DNA from: Selaginella moellendorffii
Lineage: Eukaryota; Plantae; Lycopodiophyta
Length of the DNA stretch: 64,000 bases
Assembly (NCBI RefSeq): GCF_000143415.4
Contig: NW_003314262.1
Coordinates: 1,991,046-2,055,045, forward strand
Reading direction: 5' to 3'
Both the position numbers and the translations under genes were made by a program. The first letter of the stretch is position 1. Every line of letters begins with the position of its first letter. Positions 13,281-26,703 of the stretch are shown here, in pieces. Below the pieces are notes generated by a model. The model was not told the DNA's origin, searched no databases, and saw nothing but the letters and a program-made list of their open reading frames with translations.

Positions 13281-14378
13281 GTTGGACCACAAGTTTATGA
13301 GGTTCGGCATGACGTTTAGCAGGTTGATCCTTCAGAGATTGTGCATGTGCAGCAGTTGAAACACTTCATACAAAGGGATCAAGAGTGGTTAATACCATCT
13401 ACAGATCCGCCGATGCCTCCTCTTGATGTTCCTCCAGATCCCGGCCCGTCTACAAGAGAACCCTGATGGTCTTCCATTATTCCGAGAGGAGGGGATGATG
13501 TGAGGGCCAAGTGTACGGTTATGATGCCGTATATTAATATTAGCATAGTGGTTTAGGGTTTAGGGTTTAGGGTTGTGGGGGGGTTCCGTAGGGATAGTGG
13601 GTAGGTCGGGTATGGCCGACCAACCTGAGGCATAGTCTAGCTCCTGCTTGCGTGCCTGTCCTTGTTCTGCGTCCGGCTTGGGTCTAAGCCCAAGTTCCAT
13701 TCCATGCTAGTTGGTGGAGTACCTATATCTTCGCGTTAGGCCACCGGTATGCCGAAATAGCGCCAGACTCCGTTTGGCTCTGTTTTGCGTGCTAGTCTTG
13801 GCATTGGGATGCTGGTTGCTCCAGGACTATTCCAAGTCGCCCCGGGCCCCTGTCCCTTCGCTCCTTGGGCTATATGCTCGAGAGTTGCTTTGTGGTTCGG
13901 TTCCATCACTCCTTGGCTCACGCTTGGGAGTTTGGCACCGTTCGTTCATTTAGTGGCCCAAGGCCCTGAACCTCAGGTTCTTATGGACACGTGGCATGTG
14001 ACACGTGGCATCTGTCACGTGGCACAAAGAGGGTTTAGGTTCCGCTTCGTGGTGTTATCCTATGGTAAATCACCATAGGATAAAGGGTCAAAACCACGTG
14101 CGCTACAATTGGACTACAAGTTTATGAGGTTCGGCATGACGTTTAGCAGGTTGATCCTTCAGAGATTGTGCATGTGCAGCAGTTGAAACACTTCATACAA
14201 AGGGATCAAGAGCGGTTAATACCATCTACAGATCCGCCGATGCCTCCTCTTGATGTTCCTCCAGATCCCGGCCCGTCTACAAGAGAACCCTGATGGTCTT
14301 CCATTATTCCGAGAGGAGGGGATGATGTGAGGGCCAAGTGTACGGTTATGATGCCGTATATTAATATTAGCATAGTGG
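12748..14378 (+). repeat. Tandem duplication (12748-13551 / 13574-14378) joined by (TTTAGGG)3
   Basis: Nearly identical ~800-bp units with duplicated spurious ORFs (12884 vs 13711). Telomere-repeat filler at 13552-13572. Confidence 0.9.
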
Positions 14379-14500
14379 GATTTTGGTAGCCGTCGGATTA
14401 GTTTCAATCTGGACCACTTGCTCCTGTATATAAGCTAGGGTTTTTGGGCTAATTGATATGCACATTTCTGTATTCCCTTTCCATATTCCATGCACTCACA
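14326..14500 (+). repeat. Short (175 bp) 3' LTR with upstream PPT and TATA box
   Basis: TGTGAG...CTCACA inverted termini, PPT gagaggaggggatga (14311-14325), TATATAAG near 14427. Diverged homolog at 60108-60283 (-). Confidence 0.75.
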
Positions 14501-16395
14501 AAGTTATAATATATGATTTTTAATAAGTTTTTCATTACTATTTTATGTCATAAATATTATTTATTATCCATTTTTCATATACACTATATTAAATATAAAA
14601 TTTAAAATATAATAATTTTATTATTTTATATAAACTATATAAACCTACAAATGATGAAACGAGTTGCACTACTTGCTGAGATTACAACAGGAACATTTTT
14701 GGTTCTTTGGTAGAATAAATATAATTTATAAAGTGTAATTTTCATATTTGGTATAATAAAACATTTGAAGTAATAATTAAAAAATTTATTTTCTTAAAAA
14801 TTATATATGTAAATTCTATATATACATATATGTATAGACTGTATTTATATCAATAGTCATAGAGGAAGATTACTTTAGAAAATTTGAGGATCAACACAAC
14901 TATTTAGTTAAAGGTGGCAACATGTGATAAAAATTTGATATGTTAAAATTGATATTTAGTAATTTAGTTTAATCATATGATATGTTGAAATTGATATTTG
15001 GTGATTTAGTTTTCTCTTGCTAGGCTTAACTTGAAAGGTAAGGTGTCAAAAGAGTGGGGTCTCAAGAGATTGTGGCTCTTATCTTGGGCATGAATTACAA
15101 GGAAATTTAGTGGATTATAAGTAAAGGAAACAGCTCGACAATAGTATATAGGGGTTTAAAAATAAATAGAAAAATACAATGAATAAGATTAAATTTTAAT
15201 GAATGATAAGCTCCTTTTCATTAAAATCAGATTTTCCCATCATAGTAAGACATAATAATATATGTCCATATGCTATGTCTTAATTCACTTCAATATTTTC
15301 CTTTTATCTTTTTTATTTTTTTATTTTTGTAACATTGGTTTACCATAAGATAATCACAGAACCCTTGGACATGTACACCATGGACAGCAAAGCCAAACCT
15401 GAATTTTAGGGCCTTAGGCCTTTAAATAAAAGTACAAAGCCAAACTCCCAAGTTACAACCAAGGAACAAAAAAATTGGGGCATGAAACAACTCTTGAGTA
15501 TATAGCCCAGAAATGAAGGGATAAGAGTACAGAATGACATTTGGGTAATCCTAAAGCATCTAAAATCCTAACACCAAGACTAGCATATAAAACAGAAATT
15601 ACAAAGTTTAACACTATTTTAACTACTAGTGGCTTAATGCAAGGATATAGGTATTCCATCACTAACATAGTATGGAACTTAAGCCAAATGCAAAATAAGG
15701 ACAAGCACACAAGCAGAGAGTTAAATTATACTATGTACATATGGTTTTCACCTTTTACCCTATAATGGTTTAAAAGAAGCATCTAGTGACATCCTAAAAA
15801 GTCTAAACTAATGATTTTACAAATATTTAGAATAAATTTGGAAGTGTTTAAGAAAGTTTATAAATTATAAACATTAATGTAAATGGTAGATTATATTAGA
15901 ATATCCAGGTATATTCTTGATATATCCATTACCCATTAGCACTCATAAACAAAAATGCTAATTAATTAGTGTATAAAATTTCAAATATTTTATTTAGAAT
16001 TTTCTAAACACTCCACTTATAATAGTTTTACCTAATGGCAAACTAAAAATCATTTTATAAAAAATACTGTTATATTTTCTAAGTTCCCATCTAATAACCT
16101 TTCTAATAAGTGTTAGTAGAAGGAATATAGTCATTGGCTAATCCATTAAATATTTGTCCATTTGGTATTTATTAAAAGATAAAAATTACAAAAAAAAAAT
16201 AAATTTTAATTATAAAATTTTATTGTTATGTGTTATTTTTGTTAAAACCAAATTATGGATGTACTTTATAAGAAATATTCGTTATAAATATTTTATAATA
16301 ATGATCATATATATTTATTGTGCTAGACATATTGAATATTATAAGCATAGAATTTACACAGCTTTACTATCTATATTCTTCTTATACTTATTGTA

Positions 16396-16830
16396 ATGAA
16401 AATATTTTTCACAACTACTATATTATTGGTGCATAGTTTTCTGATACTAGTTAGAACCAGTTTTTCACAACCTTGTGAGGATATTACTCCAGGATATTTT
16501 AGATCTAATAATGAAATAGCCCCTGAAGGGTTTCGAGATCAATTAACTGGTGTTTATAGACAAATATATTCTAAGGATGCCATTTCAAAAACACTCAATT
16601 ACAAGTCACCAACAGAAATATATGGAACATCTCGTTGTAATATAAGTTCAAATGCTAAAGATTGCTTATATTGCTTAGCTGTTATAATAGCTTTCAATGA
16701 TCAACAAATTATGTTATCAACTGGATTTGCCATGTGTTCTGCAGATAATAATTGCTACTTACGGTATGAAACATATAATTATTTTAAAAAACAAGTTTAT
16801 ACCAATATAAATCCTTTCAGAAACACTTAG
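16396..16830 (+). CDS. Secreted cysteine-rich Gnk2/DUF26 (ginkbilobin-2-like) protein, 144 aa
   Basis: Hydrophobic signal peptide, YGTSRC-X8-C-X2-C motif (RCNISSNAKDCLYC) and terminal CYLRYETYNY, typical of DUF26. Intronless, in an AT-rich island. Confidence 0.85.
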   Translation: MKIFFTTTILLVHSFLILVRTSFSQPCEDITPGYFRSNNEIAPEGFRDQLTGVYRQIYSKDAISKTLNYKSPTEIYGTSRCNISSNAKDCLYCLAVIIAFNDQQIMLSTGFAMCSADNNCYLRYETYNYFKKQVYTNINPFRNT

Positions 16831-17119
16831 AAATAAAATTTATCTTTGATTTTGGTTGCAAACTTACTAAATTTTTCATTCTTAAATTGTGTCATAATAT
16901 ACAATTGTTAACTAAAATTATGATTAATTTGTTCTTTTAAATATATTATTTACTGTTTCTATATTTAATAGTAACTATATATTTCTTTATTTCAAATAGT
17001 TCATAAATACAATATATATTATTTACAATTAATATTACTTCCTAATTCATTTATATTTTACGTAATTAAATACTTATATAAAAACTATAAACCAAAACTG
17101 TGTTATTTGTATAAATAAG

Positions 17120-18550
17120 TTTAGTTGAGTAGGTTAGGCATGATTAACTAACTTGAGGTATAATCTTACTCCCACTTGTATGTCTATCCTTGTTTTGCAT
17201 TTGACTTGGGTTTAAACTCAAGTTTTATATGCTAGTTGATGGAACACATATATCTTCGTGTTAAGCCATTTGTAGTGCACTTTATTTCTCTCCCCTTAAA
17301 CCAATTGGAAAAGAGGCATTTGACTTGGGTTTAAGCTCAAGTTTTATATACTAGTTGATGGAACACCTATATCTTCGTGTTAGGCCATTTGTAGCACATT
17401 TTATTTCTCTCCCCTTAAGCCAATTGGAAAAGAGGCAATTACTTGATGAGAGAGCCCTTAATGGCTATTTTATCCCCATTTATCCCCTAAAGTTCCAAGG
17501 ATTCACGGTGATAGTATATTTAAATCTCATCCCTTTAAGCCAATTGGAAAAGAGGCAATTACTTGATAAGAGAGCCCTTAGTGGCTATTTTATCCCCATT
17601 TATCCCCCAAGGTTCCAAGGATTCACGGTGATAGTATACCTAAATCTCATCCCATGATCATATGCGCTACATTCACCCCCTTTTCAGAGATGTTAATGTC
17701 TTCATTGACTATTGACTAACAACCTTTACTAAGCCAAAGGGTACCAGCACCTCCATTTCGGCACTAAATCTATCAATCCTTCCATTGTGTAAACTAGCTA
17801 TTCCATGTGAAACAACTAGTCATCCACCCATACTGCAGTCCCACGGTGGATACCTTTGTCCGTGTATACTCCACACAAAAGGAAATACGTACGCATGGAT
17901 GCCCAATACATACAATTTCAAATTTAGGGGTAGGAATATACCTTGCTCAAGGGTATATTATATTTTTAAGTAGCCACTAATCAATGGGAATCGAACCTAT
18001 GCCATTTGCTCCGATACCAACTGTAGCACACCTTATCTTTCTCCCCTTAAGCCAACTGGAAAAGGGGCAATTGCTTGATGAGAGAGCCCTTAGTGGCTAT
18101 TTTATCCCCATTTATCCCCCAAGGTTCCAAGGATCCATAGTGACAGTATATCTAAATCTTATCCCATGATCACATGCACTACACCATTGATATGCTGAAA
18201 TAACGTTAAACTTCATTTGGCTCTGTTTTGTGTGTTGATCCTGGCATTGGAATGTTGGATGTTCTAGGATTATTTCAAGTCGTTCCCTCTTTACTCTTTG
18301 GGTTGTACACTCGAGAGTCACTTTATACTCCAGTTCATTTGCTCTTTGGCTCCATGCTTGAGATTTTGGCTTCGTTCCTTCATTCAGTGGCTTAAAACTT
18401 TAAAACTCGGGTTCTACTTCACTGTCCTTGGACACGTGGCATATGGCACATGGCATATGATATGTGGCACATGGAGGGTTTAGGTTCTACTTTGTGGTTA
18501 TTTTATGGTAAATCACCATAGGATAAATGATGAAATCCATGTGTATTACA
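17120..18550 (+). repeat. Degenerate LTR (12748-13280 family) interrupted by a TRIM, followed by a PBS-like TTTGGTATTTGAG
   Basis: Homology to 12760-13280 on both sides of the TRIM. Ends ...TATTACA at 18550 with PBS-like 18551-18563. Confidence 0.65.
17390..18183 (-). mobile_element. TRIM (terminal-repeat retrotransposon in miniature)
   Basis: LTRs 18022-18183 and 17390-17671 (the latter internally duplicated), TGTAG...CTACA ends. tRNA-Met PBS TGGTATCGGAGCA (18007-18019, -), PPT 17672-17684, TSD CCATT at 17385-17389 and 18184-18188. About 350 bp non-coding interior. Confidence 0.88.
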
Positions 18551-19242
18551 TTTGGTATTTGAGTATATGTCTCAACGAGTACTATCTAATAAGATCGGGC
18601 AATTAATCTCATTGCATATGCATAGATGAAAGAAATAATCCAAATAAGTACACATTTGGGTGCTAAGACTTCATATTTGTTCCTTGGGTATGTATTTTGG
18701 TTACCTTTTTGTACCATATTTTATGAGCTTGCTCTTGGGCTCATAAGTTGGACTAAAATGTTCTATTTGCATGAGTTTGTGCTTGGGCTTATGAGTGAGG
18801 CACATTAGCAACTTAAGATTATAATTTGATGTGGCAGAATTAATGTTAGTCTATTGATAGTTACCATGAGTTGAACTATGTACCATGGGTGAAAGTAAAC
18901 CTCCTCTAGGTTTGCTATAAGTGGCAAATAGGTTGGTCCATAACTGTTTAGCATGGCACTAGTGGATCCTTCTTAGGCATGATTATAAATGGATAAATTA
19001 AGACTATAGGGATAAGTCTATTAATTCAAGTAGTTTTTGCCGTGCTCTCTCATAAACTTTTCTTGGATTGGACTGAAGGCAGGGCAAATGTAAACTTCAG
19101 GTTTGGTTAAAGATGAGACTGAAAAGAGAATCCTTAAGGACAAAGGATCAAACACATAAATCATTTTCTCTTTTGGGAAAGATGATTTACAACAAGATGT
19201 TAACTTATTACTCGTATTCATATCATACAATCAAGAGTCTCT

Positions 19243-22200
19243 TATGAGACAGAAAATCCCTAGGCCCCAAAGTGGAGCCGGAAAGGGTGCCACGTGGTAG
19301 TGGCCGAAGCGAAAGCCAAATGAGCGTAACACGTTTAGACTAAAAGCTCCAACTTGGAAGGTCGAGAGCGGGAGTGGAACTCCCAACAAAGTACTCAAGG
19401 AACAAGCACGAAGCGAGCAATAAGCGAGGCTCCAAAAAGGGACCCAAAAAGGACCAACACATGATACGTGGAAGTGTCCGACATGGACCCGAGTTGGAGT
19501 CCGAAGTGGAGTCTAAAGTGGAGTCCGAGATGGACCCGAGTTGGAGTCCGAGATGGAGTCCGAGATGGACCCGAGATGGAGTCCGAGATGGAGTTCGAGA
19601 TGGAGTCCGAGACAGACCCAAGAAGGAGTCCGAGATGGAGTCCGAGATGGACCCGAGATGGAGCCCGAGATGGACCGAGACGGAGTCTAAGATGGAGTCC
19701 GAGGTGGACCTGAGACAGAGTCCAATATGGACCTGAGATGGAATCCGAGATGGAGTCCGAGAAGGACCCAAGATGGAGTCCGAGGTCAAGACCGAGACCA
19801 GGACCGAGACCGGGACCGAGACCGAGACCGAGACTGAGACCGAGATCGGGACCGAGACTGAGGCCGAGGTTGAGACCCAGTCCGAGTCCGAGTCCGAGTC
19901 CGAGTCCTAGTCCGAGTCCAAGTCCGAGTTCGAGTCGGAGAGGGTGAAAGCCCAAAGCGTTCGTCTCCCAGACCCTGGGTGGTTTAGTGAGCTCCAAAAG
20001 TATAGTAAGGGGGAGGACTGCAGTGGAGCCAGTTTGGCCAGGAAAGGCCAGTTTGGCCCAAGAAGGCTGTACTCAGTGTTGGGTGATGAGCTGCCCACTG
20101 GGAAGTCCAAGATTAGAGTGAATACAGACCGACAAGTGGGGTAGCTTGGTGAAGTGTTCAAGAGCCGGCTCTAGTTCCCCCGGGAGATCGACTGACTGAT
20201 GCTCCCAGTCCAAGTGTAGGTGGCACTACCTACTTGGATACCAGGCGTGGCTCAACGGAACCTTGCTCTAAGCCCATGGCTAGAGCACCCAAAAGCGAAA
20301 GGCGGGGAGAGTACCCACGAGGCTTGCGTAAGGAATAGAGTCAAGGAATAATCTTGAGGAAAGCATTTGGACTGAGGTGTGTGATGCCCCATGAAGGATG
20401 GGGAGGATCTTGAGATCCAAGTATGAGAGCAGTATGTATCTTATTGATGGCAAAAGGTGCCATGCTAAAGTCATGGGAAAGAGTTTCCCGGAAGAAAACA
20501 ACTTTAACACAAAGCTGTGTATGAACTCTATGGTGCAGTGCTAATGGATAGTTAGCATGAGGAACAACTATATTAGTCTTGGCAAAGAACTAGACACTAA
20601 TAAGTAGTGTCATAAGGATAGGCTCATGGGGCCAATGGTGTGGAGACACCAAATGCCCCAAGGTGTGATACCTTGAGGTTATGTTGGTGGGTTCATAAAA
20701 ACCCCTTGCCAAGGGAATCCCAACGGAAATGGGAATGGCATAGCCTAAGCTGAAAGGCATGTGGTAAAGTATGGTGACCAAAACAATGATAGAAGTGTAA
20801 AAGCACTAGCAATGAGTTGTAGGACTTGACAACTATGAGGCAACTAAGCAAAAGGTGCAAGATAATTGGTTAAACTGGTAGAAGGTAATTACCCAAGACT
20901 TCTTAATGGCATAACAAAGTTAAATATACCCTTATGGGGGATAAATTATTTATGTTGTGATATAGTAAGTCAATGTCATAAAAAGGAATGCTCATTGTCA
21001 AAGAGGCCATCATTTGGGACATCCAAACGCTCTAGAACACCAGGAGGTGGTGTTTGATGTCGCGAGGGCAATAGATAAGGCCCAAGGGACTAAGTTCCTA
21101 GCGAATGATGGATGGGAGATGCCATCCAAATGTCCAAGGTTGCAGAGACGGGAGAAGACTGTCTACCCGAATTGGACAAAGCCAAAAATGGAATTTTGGC
21201 AAGGCTAGTGATGGACAGGTAAGGGCCCATAAGTAACAACGTTAATCCTGGTGTGTGAGATTATAAGGTGAGCATACATGGATTGAGGAACCACTCTCTA
21301 GGCTATCGGGTCGGTTCATCCCTAAGAATACTTGCTAAGGCATAATAAAAAGTGCAAAGCTATCCTCCTAGTCTAGAGGGGAATGATCGAAGGAAAGGTG
21401 TGAAGCTAAAAGCAAGTAGTAAGGGGATAGAACCAAACCATAGGAATTGAAGGGCATAACCAATAGTGGTTATGTCAGTTGGGAGTGGAAAATCAAGTGG
21501 GGGCTTGAGGGTGTTGTTGCTAGCAACCGTGATATCATAGAGAGTCTAAAATATGGAATTGTCCATGTTAGACTATATGGCAACTAGAAATCTTGCGAAA
21601 AGGGAGGCCTTAGCAAACTAAGGGACAGAGTTCCTTCAAAGTTCCCAAAGACAATTCTAGGTAGCTTAGTACCTAGGAAGCCAAGCGTAAATGGTTCCTA
21701 GAACGTGCAAAATCAGAGTGGCGCAACAAAAGTGTGGTTTTGAAGCTGGCCATGAGGCGAAGCTATCAAGGTTGGGGAAGTGGTTCTTGAGTGTTCAAAG
21801 AGAGGGCTTTGAATGAAAGTCAATGGTTAAAGACTTTCACGCTTATGCATGAACCATGTTACGGTGGCCGAATGACTTACTAAATGAGATTGGCAAGTTA
21901 GGGGGACAAATCCCCTAGTTGAAGGTGCTAACTTCAAAAGGGGTGGCCTATGGGGCCGAGCATGGAGGAGTCCATACATGATCCCAAACTTGTCAAGTGA
22001 GAGGACTTGGCAGTGCGGAAGAACTAGGTTCCTAAGTTGTGATCTATAGCGCGCTTTGACTATAAGTTAGTACACCGGCGTGGGGAGTCATGCCAGGCAT
22101 CTTGGATAATGCCTTCTGTAGATGCATATACGGAGGTTGGGTTTGAGTCCCGATCCTCTAGTGCTTGGGTTCGAGTCCCAAATCACTAGGGCGTGGTGAT

Positions 22201-24313
22201 GGTTTGGAATATGAAGACACTCATTTTTCGGTGGTCATAGACTCTCAGTGAGGAGACTAGTTTGGGCACACTGCCAAGCGAGGGATGCTTCGGAGTCATG
22301 ATGTACAGTTAAATTGCTTAGTGTAAAAGTTCGGCATATCTAACTTGAAAACTTTGGTGCAAGTGGCACCAAGGACGTGGTGAATGAGATGGGACACCCA
22401 GTCTCAATAGCTATGGACCCTTGGTCAGATGGGCTAGCTTGGGTGCACCGCCAAGCGTGGGGGATGCCCCTGGGGTCATGGTCAACAAGTTAAAGGTCTG
22501 GAAGACCTAGTTTCTATTGGTAGACCTATTAAAGGGTCAAGATGAGATCACTAGGTGATTTTGTGGCTAAACAAGGATAAAGTCTTTATTTGGGTTAAAG
22601 AATATGATTCCTAATTCAAAGTGTTGATTTGAACTATTGATAATGGTGTGGCATGGTCAAGGTGACCAAGTGGGAAGAACACCTAAAGGAAATGAGCTAT
22701 GTCAATGCTGTGGCATAGTAAGTTCAAGGAAAGTAGTCTCTATAAGAGATCCAAGGGACGGTCTCAAAAGTTGGGCCGTGGATAAAGTCCACAACAGAAG
22801 ATGTTAGAGAGACGTACTAGGGGTGAACACCTCTGGACTTAGCAAAAGCAAACTGTTTGCTATGGAACTGAAAGGAAACCTCGAAAATGGACGTAGCGAT
22901 CCTATGTTGCTGGGTGCGACAATCAAGGATAGGAGCAAAAGACTAGTGGCTAAGAAAAGAGCCATGGGAATCATGGGAAAGAATCCAAATGGCAAAGTTA
23001 GGCCGAGAACACTAATGTGTTGGGTGCTAACGGATTGTGGGAAAGGCAATGTTTCACTAAGATGGATTCTCAACCACTCCGATTTGGTGAAAGTGGATGC
23101 TCCAAAGGGGGGAGCAGTAAAGTAGCCAAATAATAGGGCCGTGGGCAGCCCTAGCACCAATTATGATAACTGGAACTTAGTGCTAAAGGTGGCACGATAT
23201 TGGAGAGAGGATGATGGTACCCTCAAGTAAAGAACTTCCTAGGATAAGGAAGTGGAGTTGCACCATGTGCAACGTAAAGTGTCGGAGACACCTAAGAAAT
23301 TGACTTTGAGAAGTCAAAATTAAAAGTTACAAAGTGCAAAGGTTATGTCAATGGAATCTGAGGCTACTCGAGAATGAGTAGTGGAATTGAGTTAGAGAGT
23401 GTGTCTCTAACGTGTTTAGTGAGAACTAAATAATAAAAGGGAGTAAACCACCCCAAATGGTCGAGTGAGTCTCTAAGTTGGAGAGACTATGTTCCTTAGA
23501 GGATGGACAAGGCATGGTGAGCCTTTGGTGTCAAACCATAGACAAACTTTGGTTGGGTGCCAAAGATGGAAATGGTAATACATGCGGGTGTTACTTTATA
23601 AAAGGGGTTTACCGTTCGATAAGGACATCAAACTTCTTCTATGAGTGGTGGAGTTGTGAGACACAAAATCCCTAGGCCCCAAAGTGGAGCTGGAAAGGGT
23701 GCCACCTAGTAGTGGCCGAAGCGAAAGCCAAACGAGTGTAATATGTTTGGACTAAAAGCTCCAACTTGGAAGGTCGAGAGCGGGAGTGGAACTCCCAACA
23801 AAGTGCTCGAGGAACAAGCACAAAGCGAGCAATAAGCGAGGCTCCAAAAGGGACCCAAAAAGGACCAACACATGACACGTGGAAGTGTCTGACATGGACC
23901 CGAGTTGGAGTCCGAAGTGGAGTCCAAAGTGGAGTCCGAGATGGACTCGAGATGGAGTCCGAGGTGGAGTCCAAGATGGACCGGAGATGGACCTGAGTTG
24001 GAGTCCGAGGTGGAGTCCGAGATGGACCCGAGATGGAGTCCGAGATGGAGTCCGAGATGGAGTTCGAGGTGGAGTTCAAGGTAGACCTGAGATGGACCCG
24101 AGATGGATCCAAGATTGAGTCCGAGACAGACCCGAGAAGGAGTCCGAGATGGAGTCCAAGATGGACCCGAGATGGAGCCCGAGATGGACGGAGATGGAGT
24201 CCGAGGTGGACCCGAGGCAGAGTCCGAGATGGACCTGAGATGGAATCCGAGATGGACCTGAGATGGAATCCGAGATGGAGTCCGAGGTCAAGACCGAGAC
24301 CAAGACCGAGACT

Positions 24314-24365
<52 letters not shown>

Positions 24366-25432
24366 TCGGGACCGAGATGGAGGCCGAGGTCGAGACCGAG
24401 TCCGAGTCCAAGTCCGAGTCCGAGTTCGAGTCTGAGACGGTGAAAGCCCAAAGCATTTGTCTCCCAGACCCTGGGGGGTTTGATGAGCTCCAAAAGTATA
24501 GTAAGGAGGAGGACTGCAGTGGAGCCAGTTTGGCCAGGAAAGGCTAGTTTGGCCTAGGAAGGCTGTACCCAGTGTTGGGTGATGAGCTGCCCACTGGGAA
24601 GTCCAAGACTAGAGTGAACACAAACTGACAAGCGGGGTAGCTTGGTGAAGTGTTCAAGAGCCGACTCTAGTTCCCCTGGGAGATTGACTGTCTAATGCTC
24701 CCAGTCCAAGTGTGGGTGGCACTACCTACTTGGATACCAAGCGTGGCTCAACGGAATCTCGCTCTAAGCCCATGGCTAGAGCACCCAAAGGCGGAAGGCG
24801 GGGAGAGTACCCACGAGGCATATGTAAGGCCACAGTGTTTTGAAATGTTATCCCAAAGGCCTAGACTGTGGAAAGGAAGAGGAGTACTCCTCTAGTGTAG
24901 TGACCAAGGATATAGTTGGGTGGTGAGGAAGTCCTAGAGGACCGTGGGACTTAGTGGTCGGGCCCGTGGGCCTTGATCCAGTGGCAGTGTTGGCAAACAC
25001 GGCCAAGGACGGAATGGGACTTGGTGGGGATTGGAAAGGGGATATTGGGGAAGGCTATTCCCCATGTCTAGGGGCATCCTAAGGATGCTAAGGAGTAGAT
25101 CTGGGAAGATCACTCATGGACAGATGGCCTAGTCTTTGAGAGACGAGACTGTGAGGTAGGTGGTGTCAGACCACTGATGTGACCAAGGTGAATGGGCATG
25201 GCCTTAGCGTAATGGGCTGATATAACGGTGGTACCTTGGGGTGTCGGTCATGGGACCGAACACGTGGAGCACTTGGACCAAGTGTAAAGGTTGAATGGCA
25301 TGGATACCATTCTCGGGGCTAGCAAGCCCAAATCCTGAGTGGGACTTATGGAGGTTGTGAATGAGACTCCTCCAAATAGTCGGAGATGCGGTTAAGTGAC
25401 CAAAGTAGAATGGAAAAATTTAGTTGCTTACA
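19243..25432 (+). mobile_element. Decayed Gypsy-type LTR retrotransposon with satellite-containing LTRs
   Basis: TSD TCTCT at 19238-19242 and 25433-25437. 3' LTR 23655-25432 preceded by a purine tract; 5' LTR 19243-~20330 truncated by internal deletion. Interior lacks intact ORFs. Confidence 0.85.
19490..19935 (+). repeat. Hexamer-based tandem array (GAGTCC/GAGATG/GAGACC) within LTR
   Basis: Visible in sequence. Also at ~23895-24435, ~46300-46800 (-), ~49490-49745 (-) and ~60920-61020. Confidence 0.9.
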
Positions 25433-26703
25433 TCTCTATCTTGGTGCATGTTGGAAATGATAATTTTACAAATGATAAGTTGTGGAATGGATAATGGTGA
25501 AGTGCTAAACTATTTAATTTAGATTTGCTATTGAAGACTTGAGTTGCTCAATTCTTTTATGGGAAACCTTACTATTGCTCCTTGAATAGCTTGGTGTTAG
25601 ATTAGTTTTGAGTTTGGTCAGAAGGAGAGTATCATAACCTTGTCTGAGTTGTGAACAAAAGTTGGTAATGTTTGGTGTTGTAAATCTCTATAAGTGGGGT
25701 GTGGCATTTATGTTGCATTTTGTCAAATCAAATTGGCACTTGATATTCACATAAACCTTTGAAGTAATGATCTTTGAAATTGCAAAAAGTTGACATGTTA
25801 GTACTTGTATTATAGTTTTGTCTATGAGGAAGTTGTGTACCAATATGAGTCCATCTCATGGTCTTCACTTTAGTTTCAACTGAGTGTTGATCATGCATAG
25901 CTAGCCTCTTCAAGGCATGTTTAGAGCTATTGGCTAGATATTTTAGTGCGCTTATTGTAGTTTGATTGGATTTGAGTGGTCATTTAGTTCGTACTTGTTC
26001 ATGAGCCTTTATCTCATACCTAGGGTATTATGTTCATGTTGGATAAGTATATGATTCGATGACATGAGTTTAGTGTTTAGGTCTTATGAAGGCAAGTTGA
26101 AGAGTGATTGTTGGTTATTTTGCAACTAATGATTACTAATAAACTTCATCGAAGACCATTAACACTTGCTTCACTCGATAATGATTTAACAATGATAGAC
26201 TTGCTTTACTATATGGTGTTCTGGAGGATCATATTATGGCTTGCATGGTTTTCCAATGGTGGTATATCAATTCCTTTATTGATATAATTTCTGTCTTTTA
26301 AGTCATTCTCTTTAGTTGTTTATAATCCATCATACTTTCCTACAAGTTCACACCCTTGTGAACAGAAGTTGAGAGCTACAGCTCTCTCAAGAATCCGCTC
26401 TCTTGACACCCTACATCTCAGGTCAAGCCTAGCCAAAGGCAAACTAAACCTACCAAATGTTAATTTCAACATTTGGTGTGATTCCCCTATGCAACCAATA
26501 GAGTCAAACCCAAGACCCACTTTGATACCAAATTATAAACCACAATTTATTAGCTTACCTCTTTTATTTGACCATCAGTGCCTTAGCCTTGATTAAGTTC
26601 ACTTGCCAAGGTTATTGACTATTGTAATAACTCTTACTTAGTCCTACTTGGTTTTAACTACTTATTGCACAAGAAAGCAGTTCCACTCCCACTCTCGACT
26701 TTT

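Noticed and set aside
16154-16396. 80-aa ORF abutting the DUF26 gene
   Set aside because: TTG start and I/Y/K/F-rich composition typical of chance AT-rich ORFs.
19340-20161. Long ORFs rich in SP/RP/LG/ES repeats (also 23672-24547, 46076-47018, 49480-49782)
   Set aside because: They are translations of stop-free hexamer arrays inside LTRs, open in several frames and on both strands, so not genes.
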